Below, in pieces: positions 46,027 to 54,420 of a stretch of DNA of 58,241 nt. Under the pieces are notes generated by a model that was given only the letters and a program-made list of their open reading frames with translations, ran no database searches and was not told the origin of the DNA. The stretch's first letter is position 1; each line of letters opens with the position of its first letter. A program made the position numbers and the translations under genes. Source of the stretch: an uncultured Coriobacteriia bacterium (GTDB taxonomy: Bacteria; Actinomycetota; Coriobacteriia; Coriobacteriales; CAZMJV01); the NCBI GenBank assembly GCA_964566905.1, contig CAZMJV010000005.1, forward strand, positions 1-58,241. The letters are read 5' to 3'.

Positions 46027-46791
46027 CTACGAAGAAACCACGGTACGGGAGAGCACTGCTTCGGCGACTTCGACGTCGACGGGTTTGTCGACATCAGCCC
46101 CGATCGAGGCATGCGTCGTCTTCAGCGCCACCACGCGCCCGCCAAGAGCCTCGCCGGCCTTGGCCTGAAGCTGCTCGACGGTCATCTTCCCCCGGGCGAA
46201 TCTGTAGAGCAGCCCGGGACCCGCGAGACTCACCAGTTTGAGGGGGTGCTTGCGCATCTCGAAGAGCTGCTGGCCGGTCTCACGCGCGCGGTCGGCGTGC
46301 CCGGGTGAGACGAGCATCACGTTGCCTCCGGTGAACTTTCCGCCGTCGACGACAAAGTAGGTGCGCTGCGAGCCGGGGAACTGCTGCTCCATATCCTCTT
46401 GCGCGATGAGCGGATAGCTGAAATCGGCACCCGCCTCGAGAGATCGACGAACGAAATCCTCCACCGCTTCGGGAAGAAGCGCGGGGAGATCCCCGGTGCA
46501 GATGAGCGCGTGACGCGCCGGATCGCAGGCGTTCAGACCGGCGAGGGCGTTGTCCGCGAAATCGACGTCCACGACGACGACCTCGTCGACCTTCTCTGTC
46601 CATGCACCCAGGTCGTCGCCCGAGGGGACCGTCACGACGACTTTCCCCACGACGGATGAACGGCGAAGCGCGTCGACGACCCATTCGACCATCGGCTTGC
46701 CGAGAATGGGGACGAGTCCCTTGAATCTCAGACCGGGAGAGATCGCCTCGGCGCTTCCCCCTGCCATGATCACCACGTCGACCTTGTTCAC
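46027..46791 (-). CDS. MobA-like nucleotidyltransferase (NTP_transf_3-type), unknown substrate
   Basis: The N-terminus is VDVVIMAGGSAEAI..FKGLVPILGKPMVEWVVDAL. The GTG start overlaps the ispE stop (GTGA). Confidence 0.75.
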   Translation of the reverse strand: MNKVDVVIMAGGSAEAISPGLRFKGLVPILGKPMVEWVVDALRRSSVVGKVVVTVPSGDDLGAWTEKVDEVVVVDVDFADNALAGLNACDPARHALICTGDLPALLPEAVEDFVRRSLEAGADFSYPLIAQEDMEQQFPGSQRTYFVVDGGKFTGGNVMLVSPGHADRARETGQQLFEMRKHPLKLVSLAGPGLLYRFARGKMTVEQLQAKAGEALGGRVVALKTTHASIGADVDKPVDVEVAEAVLSRTVVSS

Positions 46792-47675
46792 AGATTCACT
46801 CCTTCGACTATCTGTATGCCCGATGCCCTGAGCGCTGTCGAAACAGCCCAGTTGCCTCGTGCGGACTCTCGCGAAGCAGCCTCGCGCGCGATCGATTCAT
46901 TCTCGCATATCGCAAAGACCGCCGAACCGCTGCCCGACATCCTCGCTCCGAGAATTCCAGGAACAACCGAGAGACGGGAGACGACCGCGGCGATTTCTGG
47001 CACGAGTTCGGAGACCGCGGATTCCATGTTGTTGAAGAGCGATGCGCCGACAGCCGCCGAATCCCCCGAAAGCAACGCCGTGCAGATCGCCGCTGAAGAC
47101 CGGGGAGATACAGGCGCCGCATCGAATCGGCGATATGCATCCGGGGTGGAAACGGAAACCCCCGGCTTGACCAATACGAGCGGGGCGCTGAGTGCGGGGA
47201 GCGACTCGATAAGCTCGTCTCCCCTGCCCCCCATGAGCGCGGCACCCCCGACAAGGAAGAACGGCACGTCGGCACCGATCGCCGCGGCGACCTCGCGACA
47301 TCGCATGTCGTCGGCGGGTATGCCCCAGAGATGAGCCAGGGCCCGGATCGTCGCCGCCGCATCGGACGAGCCGCCGCCGAGGCCGGCGCCGTGCGGGATT
47401 CGCTTCACGAGCTCGAGACGGACATCCGGCTCGCGGTCGAACGTCTCCGCCATCGCGTGTGCGGTGCGGGTGACGATGTTGTCCTCTTCGGCTATCCCGA
47501 GGTCGGAGCCGCAATGAAACGAGAACTCGTCGGCCGTCTCGACCACGAGCGTGTCACAGAGGTCGATGGTGTGGAAAACGCTTTCGAGCGCATGATAGCC
47601 GTCGGACCTGATCGGTCCGACGGCTAGATGCAGATTGATTTTTGCAGGGGCCTCAACTACAAGGCGTCGGGTCAC
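46788..47675 (-). CDS. ispE: 4-diphosphocytidyl-2-C-methyl-D-erythritol kinase
   Basis: It has APAKINLHLAVGPIRSDGYHALESVF and the GHMP kinase motif IPHGAGLGGGSSDAAA. It starts with GTG. Confidence 0.93.
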   Translation of the reverse strand: MTRRLVVEAPAKINLHLAVGPIRSDGYHALESVFHTIDLCDTLVVETADEFSFHCGSDLGIAEEDNIVTRTAHAMAETFDREPDVRLELVKRIPHGAGLGGGSSDAAATIRALAHLWGIPADDMRCREVAAAIGADVPFFLVGGAALMGGRGDELIESLPALSAPLVLVKPGVSVSTPDAYRRFDAAPVSPRSSAAICTALLSGDSAAVGASLFNNMESAVSELVPEIAAVVSRLSVVPGILGARMSGSGSAVFAICENESIAREAASRESARGNWAVSTALRASGIQIVEGVNL

Positions 47676-47731
47676 CGAACCCCCTCGGAAAGAATGCGCG
47701 GAGACCGTGGTCTCCGCGCATCGCGATCATG

Positions 47732-48016
47732 TCAGTTGTTCAGTTCCGGGAAGATCGATTCGCCGCTCGCGCAATCGGTAAGCTCGACCGTGCCGGTAAG
47801 CACGTCGACGTACTGATACGACTGTCGGGCGGTCCTTCCACGCTTCTCCTCGACCTCTACGATGAAGAGCTGCGGGTGCGTCTGGGTGAGAACCCCTTCG
47901 CGCTCGATGACCTTTGAGCGGCCCATGTTTGCACGGACGCGAATCTTGGAACCGGTGAGCTGGGAAAGTGCAAGGTGAATATCTCCGACTATCTCTGCCT
48001 GACGCTGAAAGTCCAT
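47732..48016 (-). CDS. veg: Veg-family protein (DUF1021)
   Basis: LSQLTGSKIRVRANMGRSKVIEREGVLTQTHPQLFIVEVEE...SYQYVDVLTGTVEL is collinear with B. subtilis Veg. GAGGAGG precedes ATG 48016. Confidence 0.88.
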   Translation of the reverse strand: MDFQRQAEIVGDIHLALSQLTGSKIRVRANMGRSKVIEREGVLTQTHPQLFIVEVEEKRGRTARQSYQYVDVLTGTVELTDCASGESIFPELNN

Positions 48017-48137
48017 AGAGTTAAACCTCCTCAAAACGGAGTTTGAGTTTAACAGAAATGACCTGAATTTGCTACCCCCTCCGAGCAGGAGCGCGAGTCC
48101 TTCGATTCAGTTTTACGCATAGGCTTTTCGTCGAATA

Positions 48138-49010
48138 TCAGAATTCCACGCCAAGTATGCGAAACTGCCTGGCCAGCTCGAGATACGTCTCGGCCGAGAG
48201 GGTCTCGCCTCGCAGGGTCGGTGCGACGCCTGCGGCCTCGAGGACCGCGTCGAGGTGCTCGGCACCGGCACCCATCGTCGACCGCATGGAGTTTCTGATC
48301 GTCTTCCGTCTCTGGGCGAAGGCCGCCTCTGCGAGCCGCGCAGCGCCTCGGAGCAGCGATGGATCGTCGCTGAGGGGACTTCGCTCGAGTCGGATCACCG
48401 CCGAGTCCACACGGGGCGGAGGTAGGAACGCCGTGCGCGATACGGAGAAACGCCCCGCAGAGCGCGCGAGGAGGCGCAGCTTCACCGTATAGGCGCCGTA
48501 GTCCTTGGTGCCCGGGTTCGCCGCCATACGGTCGGCAACCTCGGCCTGCACCATCACGGTAGCCGATTGCAGCGAGGGCATGATCTCGAAGAGACGCAGC
48601 ACGACGGTCGCAGCGACTCCGTAGGGCAGGTTCGCCACCAGCGCGACCGGCGCGGCGCCGAAGGGCTGCGAAAGCTCGGCGGGGTCGACGGAGACCGCGT
48701 CGGCATGCACGAGCGCGAACTTCTCGGAATCCTGCGCGGTGGTCTCCACGAGGACGGGTACCAGATCGTCGTCGCGCTCCACGGCAACTAGTCCGCGCAC
48801 GAGCGGGAGGAGCGCCACCGTGAGCGTGCCGATGCCGGGGCCGACCTCGAGGACGATGTCGTCGGGGGTGACTCCCGCCAGCGCGAGTATGCGTCCGACG
48901 GTGTTGTCGTCGATGAGGAAATGCTGCCCGAGCGACTTCTTAAGGGAGAGGCCGTGCTCGTCGAGCACCGCGCGTGTCGCGGAGGGCGTTGCGAGAAGCG
49001 AGTACGTCAT
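48138..49010 (-). CDS. rsmA: 16S rRNA (adenine1518/1519-N6)-dimethyltransferase
   Basis: Motifs are LKKSLGQHFLIDDNTVGRI, ..VLEVGPGIGTLT and NLPYGVA. The ATG overlaps the upstream stop (ATGA). Confidence 0.94.
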   Translation of the reverse strand: MTYSLLATPSATRAVLDEHGLSLKKSLGQHFLIDDNTVGRILALAGVTPDDIVLEVGPGIGTLTVALLPLVRGLVAVERDDDLVPVLVETTAQDSEKFALVHADAVSVDPAELSQPFGAAPVALVANLPYGVAATVVLRLFEIMPSLQSATVMVQAEVADRMAANPGTKDYGAYTVKLRLLARSAGRFSVSRTAFLPPPRVDSAVIRLERSPLSDDPSLLRGAARLAEAAFAQRRKTIRNSMRSTMGAGAEHLDAVLEAAGVAPTLRGETLSAETYLELARQFRILGVEF

Positions 49011-49609
49011 CGCCCCCCCTCTCGAATCGCGCGGACCAGTTCTCTGCCGTATTCCCGCGCGGATTCCTCGTCCGTCGCGCGGTCACGGTCCGAACCCTCC
49101 TGCGCGAATCCGACAAAATCGTGGACCTCAAGCGGCCGGAACCCGAGCATTGCAAGAGCGCTCTTACTCGTGACGACTGCGGGCTCGTAACCATAAGGAT
49201 CTCGGCCCGTGCCGACGACGAACAGCGAGGCAGGCCGAGCAGGGGGACGAGGCTCACCCAGGAGATATCGACGCGCCCAACGGCTCTGCAGGCGATCGTA
49301 GACCGCCTTGAGCTGCGCGGGCACCCCGGCGAAGTAGACAGGAGTGACGATACCGATCGCCGAGGCGGCGTCGGCGAGCTGGAGGAACGTGTCCATCCGG
49401 TCGGAGATGACGCACTCCCCCGTCGCGAAGCATCCGTCACATGAGAGACAAGGCGAGACCTCTCCCTCCGAAATCAGGAATCGCGACACTGCGGCGCCCT
49501 CGTCCTCGACCCCACGGGCGACGACATCGAGCAACGTCTCGGAGACTCCTCCCCTGCGCGGCGATCCGGAGACGAGCAGAACCGTCGGCGTCTGCTCCAC
49601 GGTGTTCAC
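49007..49609 (-). CDS. Flavodoxin-like iron-sulfur flavoprotein (Isf-like), paralogue of 29555..30133
   Basis: It has TVLLVSGSPRRGGVSE.. and the compact Cys motif CLSCDGCFATGEC. GTG 49609 overlaps the tatD stop (GTGA). I rejected the longer ORF-track start. Confidence 0.75.
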   Translation of the reverse strand: MNTVEQTPTVLLVSGSPRRGGVSETLLDVVARGVEDEGAAVSRFLISEGEVSPCLSCDGCFATGECVISDRMDTFLQLADAASAIGIVTPVYFAGVPAQLKAVYDRLQSRWARRYLLGEPRPPARPASLFVVGTGRDPYGYEPAVVTSKSALAMLGFRPLEVHDFVGFAQEGSDRDRATDEESAREYGRELVRAIREGGR

Positions 49610-50520
49610 GACCTCTCGTTGTCGAGAAGTACGCGCGCTGCGAGATACGCGCCCTGAGCAAACACTTCGGGCTGCTCCGAGCGCACTTGGCCGATGCGTG
49701 CCGCCGTCCAGAGGGTGAAGGCGGGTTCGCACTTCATGCCGCGGAAGGGTTCCGGCGCCATGAACGGGCAGTCGGTCTCGGTGAGGATGCGTCCCAGCGG
49801 AATCCGCGAAGCCGCCTCCCGCACGTCGTCGGCCTTCTTGAACGTCGCGGGTCCCGCGAAAGAGACGTGACAGCCGAGCTCGAGAAACGGTGCCGCTTGA
49901 TCTGCCCCGAGGTTGAAACAGTGGAGGATCGCGCCCGCGGAGGGCACACCGATCTCGCGAAGGATCGCCGCGCCGTCCTCATGGGCTTCCCGCAGGTGGA
50001 TGACGACGGGCAGACCGTGGCGATTCGCCAGATCGAGGTGGAGTCGGTACGCGTCGCGCTGTTGCTCGCGCGGGGAGAGATCGTAGTGATAGTCGAGTCC
50101 GACCTCGCCGATCGCACAGACCATCGGATCCGCGGCGAGGCGTTCGAGTTCGAGACGCGCCTCGTCGGATGCCAGGTAGTCCTTCGCATTATGGGGATGG
50201 GCCCCGACGACGATCCGCACATCGGGGGGTGCAAGAGTCGAGCCCCACTCGTGGAGGATTTCGGCGGCGTTTGCCTTCCAGCTCTCGAGCTCGGCGAAGG
50301 TGCGCCATGCGTCCTCGGTGACGTCGCAGACCGTGGCGACGAACTCGACGCCGACGAGCGCTGCGCGCGCGAGGGCGAGTGCCGGGTCCTCGAGCATGTC
50401 GAGGTGGGCGTGCGTGTCCGCTATCGGCGCGCCGATGGAAGGCACGTCGACAGGACGGCCCTTCTGGTCGACGAACTGCGCGCGCGGGTCGTCAGGAAGG
50501 AAGGCCACGCTACTCGACAT
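49606..50520 (-). CDS. tatD: TatD-family metal-dependent hydrolase/DNase
   Basis: It has IADTHAHLDML, ..GEVGLDYHY.. and ETDCPFMAP. It overlaps the metG 3' end by 11 nt. Confidence 0.9.
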   Translation of the reverse strand: MSSSVAFLPDDPRAQFVDQKGRPVDVPSIGAPIADTHAHLDMLEDPALALARAALVGVEFVATVCDVTEDAWRTFAELESWKANAAEILHEWGSTLAPPDVRIVVGAHPHNAKDYLASDEARLELERLAADPMVCAIGEVGLDYHYDLSPREQQRDAYRLHLDLANRHGLPVVIHLREAHEDGAAILREIGVPSAGAILHCFNLGADQAAPFLELGCHVSFAGPATFKKADDVREAASRIPLGRILTETDCPFMAPEPFRGMKCEPAFTLWTAARIGQVRSEQPEVFAQGAYLAARVLLDNERS

Positions 50521-52069
50521 CCTCGGCCTGGATGCGCGGGAAGAGCGCCTCGCCCTTCTCGACCGGATTCCCTGCGGGAAGCCTGCCCCACTGCGACTCC
50601 TCGGCGGTGTCGATCACCGAATTGACGTCGCCGAGACCCAGTCGTCTCCAGACCTCCGCCGAAGTGGTGGGCATGAGCGGCGCGAAGAAGATCGCCGCGA
50701 TCCTGATCGCCTCGAGGAGGTTGTAGATGACCGCGGCCAGATCCTCGGCAGTCTCCTCGGACTTCGCGAGGTTCCAGGGCGCTGACTCCTCGACGTAGAG
50801 GTTCGCCGCCGCGACGAGTTCCTGGGCCGCCGCAGCAGCCGTCGAGTAATCGATCGCGTCCATCGCCTCGCGGTAGCGCTCGTAGAGTCCCTCGGCGGTC
50901 GCCTTGAGAGGGTTCTCGATCACATGAGGGTTGGCCGCATTCACCGCAGGCACGCGGCCGTCGAAGTACTTGCCGGCCATGTTGAACGCGCGCGAGCAGA
51001 GGTTGCCCCAGCTGTTGGCCAGGTCGGCGTTGTAGACCTGCACCATGCGCTCGAGCGAGATCGCGCCGTCCGAGCCGAACTGGACGTCGGAGAGGAAGTA
51101 GTAGCGGTATCCATCGACGCCGAACTTCTCGGCCAGTTCGAGCGGTGCCATCGCGTTGCCGCGGGACTTCGACATCTTCTCGCCCTTGGTGAGGAGGAAC
51201 CCGTGGGCGAAGACCTTCTCGGGGATGGGGAGACCTGCGGCCATAAGCATGGCGGGCCAGATCACGCAGTGGAATCTCGTGATGTCCTTGCCGACGAAGT
51301 GCACCTGCGCGGGCCAGCGATACGCGAACTCCTCGACCTTGGACGGGTCCCCGTAGCCGATGGCGGTGATGTAGTTGAGAAGGGCGTCGATCCAAACATA
51401 CGTAACGTGACCCTCGTCGAAGGGAAGCGGCACGCCCCAGGAGAATGTCGTGCGAGAGATTGAGAGGTCTTTGAGTCCACCTTTGACGAACGAGACGATC
51501 TCGTTGCGTCGTGTCTCGGGCGAGATGAACTCGGGGTGCTCGTCGTAGTATGCGAGGAGCCGGTCGCCGAACTCGGAGAGCTTGAAGAACCAGTTCTCCT
51601 CGCGGATGTACTCCACGTCCCTGCCGCAGTCGGGGCACTTGCCGTCGACGAGCGCCTCCTCTGTGTGGAACGTCTCGTCGGGAATGCAGTACCAGCCTTC
51701 GTATCCGCCCTTGTACAACCAACCCGCCTCGTACAGATCCGCCCAAAACGCCTGCACCCCGCGAGTATGGCGCTCCTCGGTGGTGCGGATGAAGTCGTCG
51801 TTCGTGATACTCAGAGCCTCCCAGACGGCTTTGAATTTCGGCGCGATGGAGTCCGCCCACGCTTGAGGGGTCTGCCCGGCGGCCTCGGCGGCTTGGGCAA
51901 TCTTCTGCCCGTGCTCGTCCAAGCCAGTGAGGAAGTACACATTTTCTCCATCCATTCTCTTCCAACGCGCCAGAGAATCGGCTGCTATCGTCGTGTACGC
52001 TGTTCCAAGATGTGGTTCGGCATTCACGTAATAGATCGGCGTCGTGATCATGAAGGATTTTCTATTCAT
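50510..52069 (-). CDS. metG: Methionine--tRNA ligase (short form without C-terminal tRNA-binding domain)
   Basis: It has TTPIYYVNAEPHLGTAYT (HIGH-type) and KMSKSRGN. The start is set at ATG 52069 (MNRKSFMITTPIYY). Confidence 0.95.
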   Translation of the reverse strand: MNRKSFMITTPIYYVNAEPHLGTAYTTIAADSLARWKRMDGENVYFLTGLDEHGQKIAQAAEAAGQTPQAWADSIAPKFKAVWEALSITNDDFIRTTEERHTRGVQAFWADLYEAGWLYKGGYEGWYCIPDETFHTEEALVDGKCPDCGRDVEYIREENWFFKLSEFGDRLLAYYDEHPEFISPETRRNEIVSFVKGGLKDLSISRTTFSWGVPLPFDEGHVTYVWIDALLNYITAIGYGDPSKVEEFAYRWPAQVHFVGKDITRFHCVIWPAMLMAAGLPIPEKVFAHGFLLTKGEKMSKSRGNAMAPLELAEKFGVDGYRYYFLSDVQFGSDGAISLERMVQVYNADLANSWGNLCSRAFNMAGKYFDGRVPAVNAANPHVIENPLKATAEGLYERYREAMDAIDYSTAAAAAQELVAAANLYVEESAPWNLAKSEETAEDLAAVIYNLLEAIRIAAIFFAPLMPTTSAEVWRRLGLGDVNSVIDTAEESQWGRLPAGNPVEKGEALFPRIQAEDVE

Positions 52070-52206
52070 TGGGTTTAATACTCCATTTTTTGGGAAATAC
52101 ATTGAACATGCGCTAGATCGGTTGTTCATGGTATCGTATCTGGCTTGTTGGCAGCTTGATTCTACTTCTTAGGTCGAGCGGTCATCGGAAAGAGGAGGAG
52201 ATTTTC

Positions 52207-52449
52207 GTGCGAGACACTGGAATAGTGCGCAAGGTAGACGACTTGGGACGCATCGTACTCCCGATGGAGCTTCGCCGCTCACTCGGGATCAAGGTCAAGG
52301 ACCCGATCTCGATTCACGTCGAGGGCGACAGGATCGTCTTGAGCAAGCCCGTCGATTCCTGCGCGATCTGCGGAACCACGGAGGGTCGCTTGGACGAGTT
52401 CAAGGGACGCCTCATCTGCGAGTCGTGCATCGAGGAGCTCCGCGCCTAG
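52207..52449 (+). CDS. abrB: AbrB/SpoVT-family transition-state regulator with C-terminal CxxC...CxxC zinc-ribbon-like tail
   Basis: VRDTGIVRKVDDLGRIVLPMELRRSLGI is nearly identical in pattern to the B. subtilis AbrB N-terminus. The tail is CAICGTTEGRLDEFKGRLICESC. It starts with GTG after AGAGGAGGAG. It is divergent from metG, as in Bacillus. Confidence 0.88.
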   Translation: MRDTGIVRKVDDLGRIVLPMELRRSLGIKVKDPISIHVEGDRIVLSKPVDSCAICGTTEGRLDEFKGRLICESCIEELRA

Positions 52450-52471
52450 CAATTTTGAACCAACCAGATAT

Positions 52472-52504
52472 CGAGGCCGTTCGACGTGACGTCGTGCGGC
52501 CTCG
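52472..52504. terminator. Hairpin between convergent abrB-like and rsmI genes
   Basis: cgaggccg..cgacg-tga-cgtcg..cggcctcg has an 8-bp outer and a 5-bp inner stem. The T-runs are weak. Confidence 0.45.
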
Positions 52505-52516
52505 CTTGGTGTGCGG

Positions 52517-53374
52517 CTACTTTTCGCGCAGGGCGATACCGTGAACAGCCGCATAGGCGCTGTTTCGGGGAAGCGAGAATTCACGCGCGATCGATTTGAC
52601 CGTCTCGGATTTCGAGAGGCCCGACGCAAGCAGAGCCTCCACCCGCGACGCCACCTCCTCGCTGTCCACGGTCTCGGGGTCGACCGCCCCTTTCGTCGCG
52701 ACCGGCGGCCCGACCAGAAGCACGACCTCCCCTTTGAGGGACTCCCTTGCGGCGATCTTCGCGGCGACATCCGCGACCGGTCCTCTGACGACTTCCTCGT
52801 GCATCTTGGTCAACTCCCGCGCGAGTGCCGCCTGCCTTCCGGGAAACGCTTCGGCGATCGCGGCAAGTGAAGCAGCGGAGCGGTGGGGAGACTCGTAGAA
52901 GATGAGGGTCGCGTCGAGCTGCGCCAGCGCGGCGAGCGCCTTCGATCGCTGGCCCCCCTTGCGAGGCAGGAATCCTCCAAAATAGAACTTCTCCGTGGGC
53001 AGCCCGCTTGCGACAAGCGCGGTGATGACGGCGCTTGGACCCGGAAGGACCTCGACATCCAGCCCCGCCTCGATCGCGGCGACGACCAGGTACGATCCGG
53101 GATCGCTGACCCCCGGAGTGCCCGCGTCGGAGACGAGAACGACGGTCTCCCCCGCCTGGATCCTCTCGACGATCGCGGGCGTCCGCGCTGCGATCACGTT
53201 GTCGTCGCAGCGCTCGACCTTCGCCGCGATCTCGTAGCGGGCGAGGAGTTTCGCAGTCACCCGAGTGTCCTCGGCCAAGACCACATCAGCCGTACGGAGC
53301 GCCTCGAGGACGCGAGGGGTCACGTCGCCGAGATTGCCTATCGGTGTCGCAGCAACGACCAGTTTTCCCGACAC
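52517..53374 (-). CDS. rsmI: 16S rRNA (cytidine1402-2'-O)-methyltransferase
   Basis: GKLVVAATPIGNLGDVTPRVLEALRTADVVLAEDTR is the tetrapyrrole-methylase-fold signature. It starts with GTG. Confidence 0.93.
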   Translation of the reverse strand: MSGKLVVAATPIGNLGDVTPRVLEALRTADVVLAEDTRVTAKLLARYEIAAKVERCDDNVIAARTPAIVERIQAGETVVLVSDAGTPGVSDPGSYLVVAAIEAGLDVEVLPGPSAVITALVASGLPTEKFYFGGFLPRKGGQRSKALAALAQLDATLIFYESPHRSAASLAAIAEAFPGRQAALARELTKMHEEVVRGPVADVAAKIAARESLKGEVVLLVGPPVATKGAVDPETVDSEEVASRVEALLASGLSKSETVKSIAREFSLPRNSAYAAVHGIALREK

Positions 53375-53377
53375 CCG

Positions 53378-54385
53378 CTACACCGACTTCGGCGACCAGG
53401 TCGCAGGGGCCGGGGCGGCAGGAACCACCGGGAGCACATGCCGTCCGGTGACGGTGCGGAAGAACGTGACCCAGATCGCGGTGAAGAACGTGTTGAACAT
53501 GCCGGTAAGCATCAGGAACACGACGAACACCAGTCCTCCGAGCACTGCCGCGATCGCGGGCATCGCCGCGTTCCCGAATCCATCTCGCGCGCCGATCACT
53601 CCGAAGACGACCGCGGGCATCGCGAGGATCGCCGTGACGATTCCAATCGCAATCGCGATGACGATCGAGAGTCCGAACTCGATGAGCCCCACTGCGAACA
53701 CGTAGCCGAACCGAGTCCGGATAATCTGCCATCCGCGCTTGAGCGCGACGCCCAACGTGAGGTCCTCGAGCATCGCTGCACACAGGGACAGCCGGGCCCA
53801 GGCGGCAGAGATGTACCCGAGGACGATCATGATCGGGAAACCGACGATGAACACTCCGAGAAGGGCGAACCCGGTCCCCGTGGCAAGCTGAGGAGAATCG
53901 CCGTGGGCCAAGGCGAGCACGAAGGGCAGGCCCATGGCGACGATTGCGGCGATGAAGATACCGACGAATATCAACATCGGGAGAGCCGTGACGATCGAGA
54001 CCCCGAACGTACGCCAGAACTTGGAGAAACCGAACCCCCAGCCGCGGCGCAGGGATGGCACGTGACCTGCGTCGGCGAATTCGATCTCTCGGACAAGCCC
54101 ACCGCGGGCAGCAATCCCGAGTGCCCAGAAGACGACCGAGACGAGCATGAGGACGAGCCCCGCGAAGATGATGAGGGACTCGTACTTGTAGAACCATTCC
54201 ACGAACATGCTCCACTGCCGTGCCATGTCTCCGGTGGTGCTGGCGGACTCGCTCCAGCGGGTTCCGCTCGACGATCCCCCGCTCGAGAACATGGACGATC
54301 CTCCCGCGAAGAGCCCGAGGAGCCAGAGCATCCGGTAGCGCTTGGTTATCTCCCACGCCCTGCTGACGATGTTTCCGTAATCCAT
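53378..54385 (-). CDS. Hypothetical polytopic membrane protein (335 aa)
   Basis: GAGGAG precedes ATG 54385 (MDYGNIVSRAWEITKRYRMLWLLGLF..). It has at least 6 hydrophobic segments. I assign no family. The ORF-track 5' extension to 55003 overlaps the upstream gene and I rejected it. Confidence 0.7.
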   Translation of the reverse strand: MDYGNIVSRAWEITKRYRMLWLLGLFAGGSSMFSSGGSSSGTRWSESASTTGDMARQWSMFVEWFYKYESLIIFAGLVLMLVSVVFWALGIAARGGLVREIEFADAGHVPSLRRGWGFGFSKFWRTFGVSIVTALPMLIFVGIFIAAIVAMGLPFVLALAHGDSPQLATGTGFALLGVFIVGFPIMIVLGYISAAWARLSLCAAMLEDLTLGVALKRGWQIIRTRFGYVFAVGLIEFGLSIVIAIAIGIVTAILAMPAVVFGVIGARDGFGNAAMPAIAAVLGGLVFVVFLMLTGMFNTFFTAIWVTFFRTVTGRHVLPVVPAAPAPATWSPKSV

Positions 54386-54420
54386 TCCAACTCCTCTCGT
54401 CGAATCCGCACCTACGGGTG

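Noticed and set aside
48035-48137. Candidate strong promoter for veg (TAGCAA-17 nt-TAAACT on the minus strand)
   Set aside because: The hexamers are only partial matches, and the promoter consensus for this lineage is unknown to me. I did not report it as a feature.
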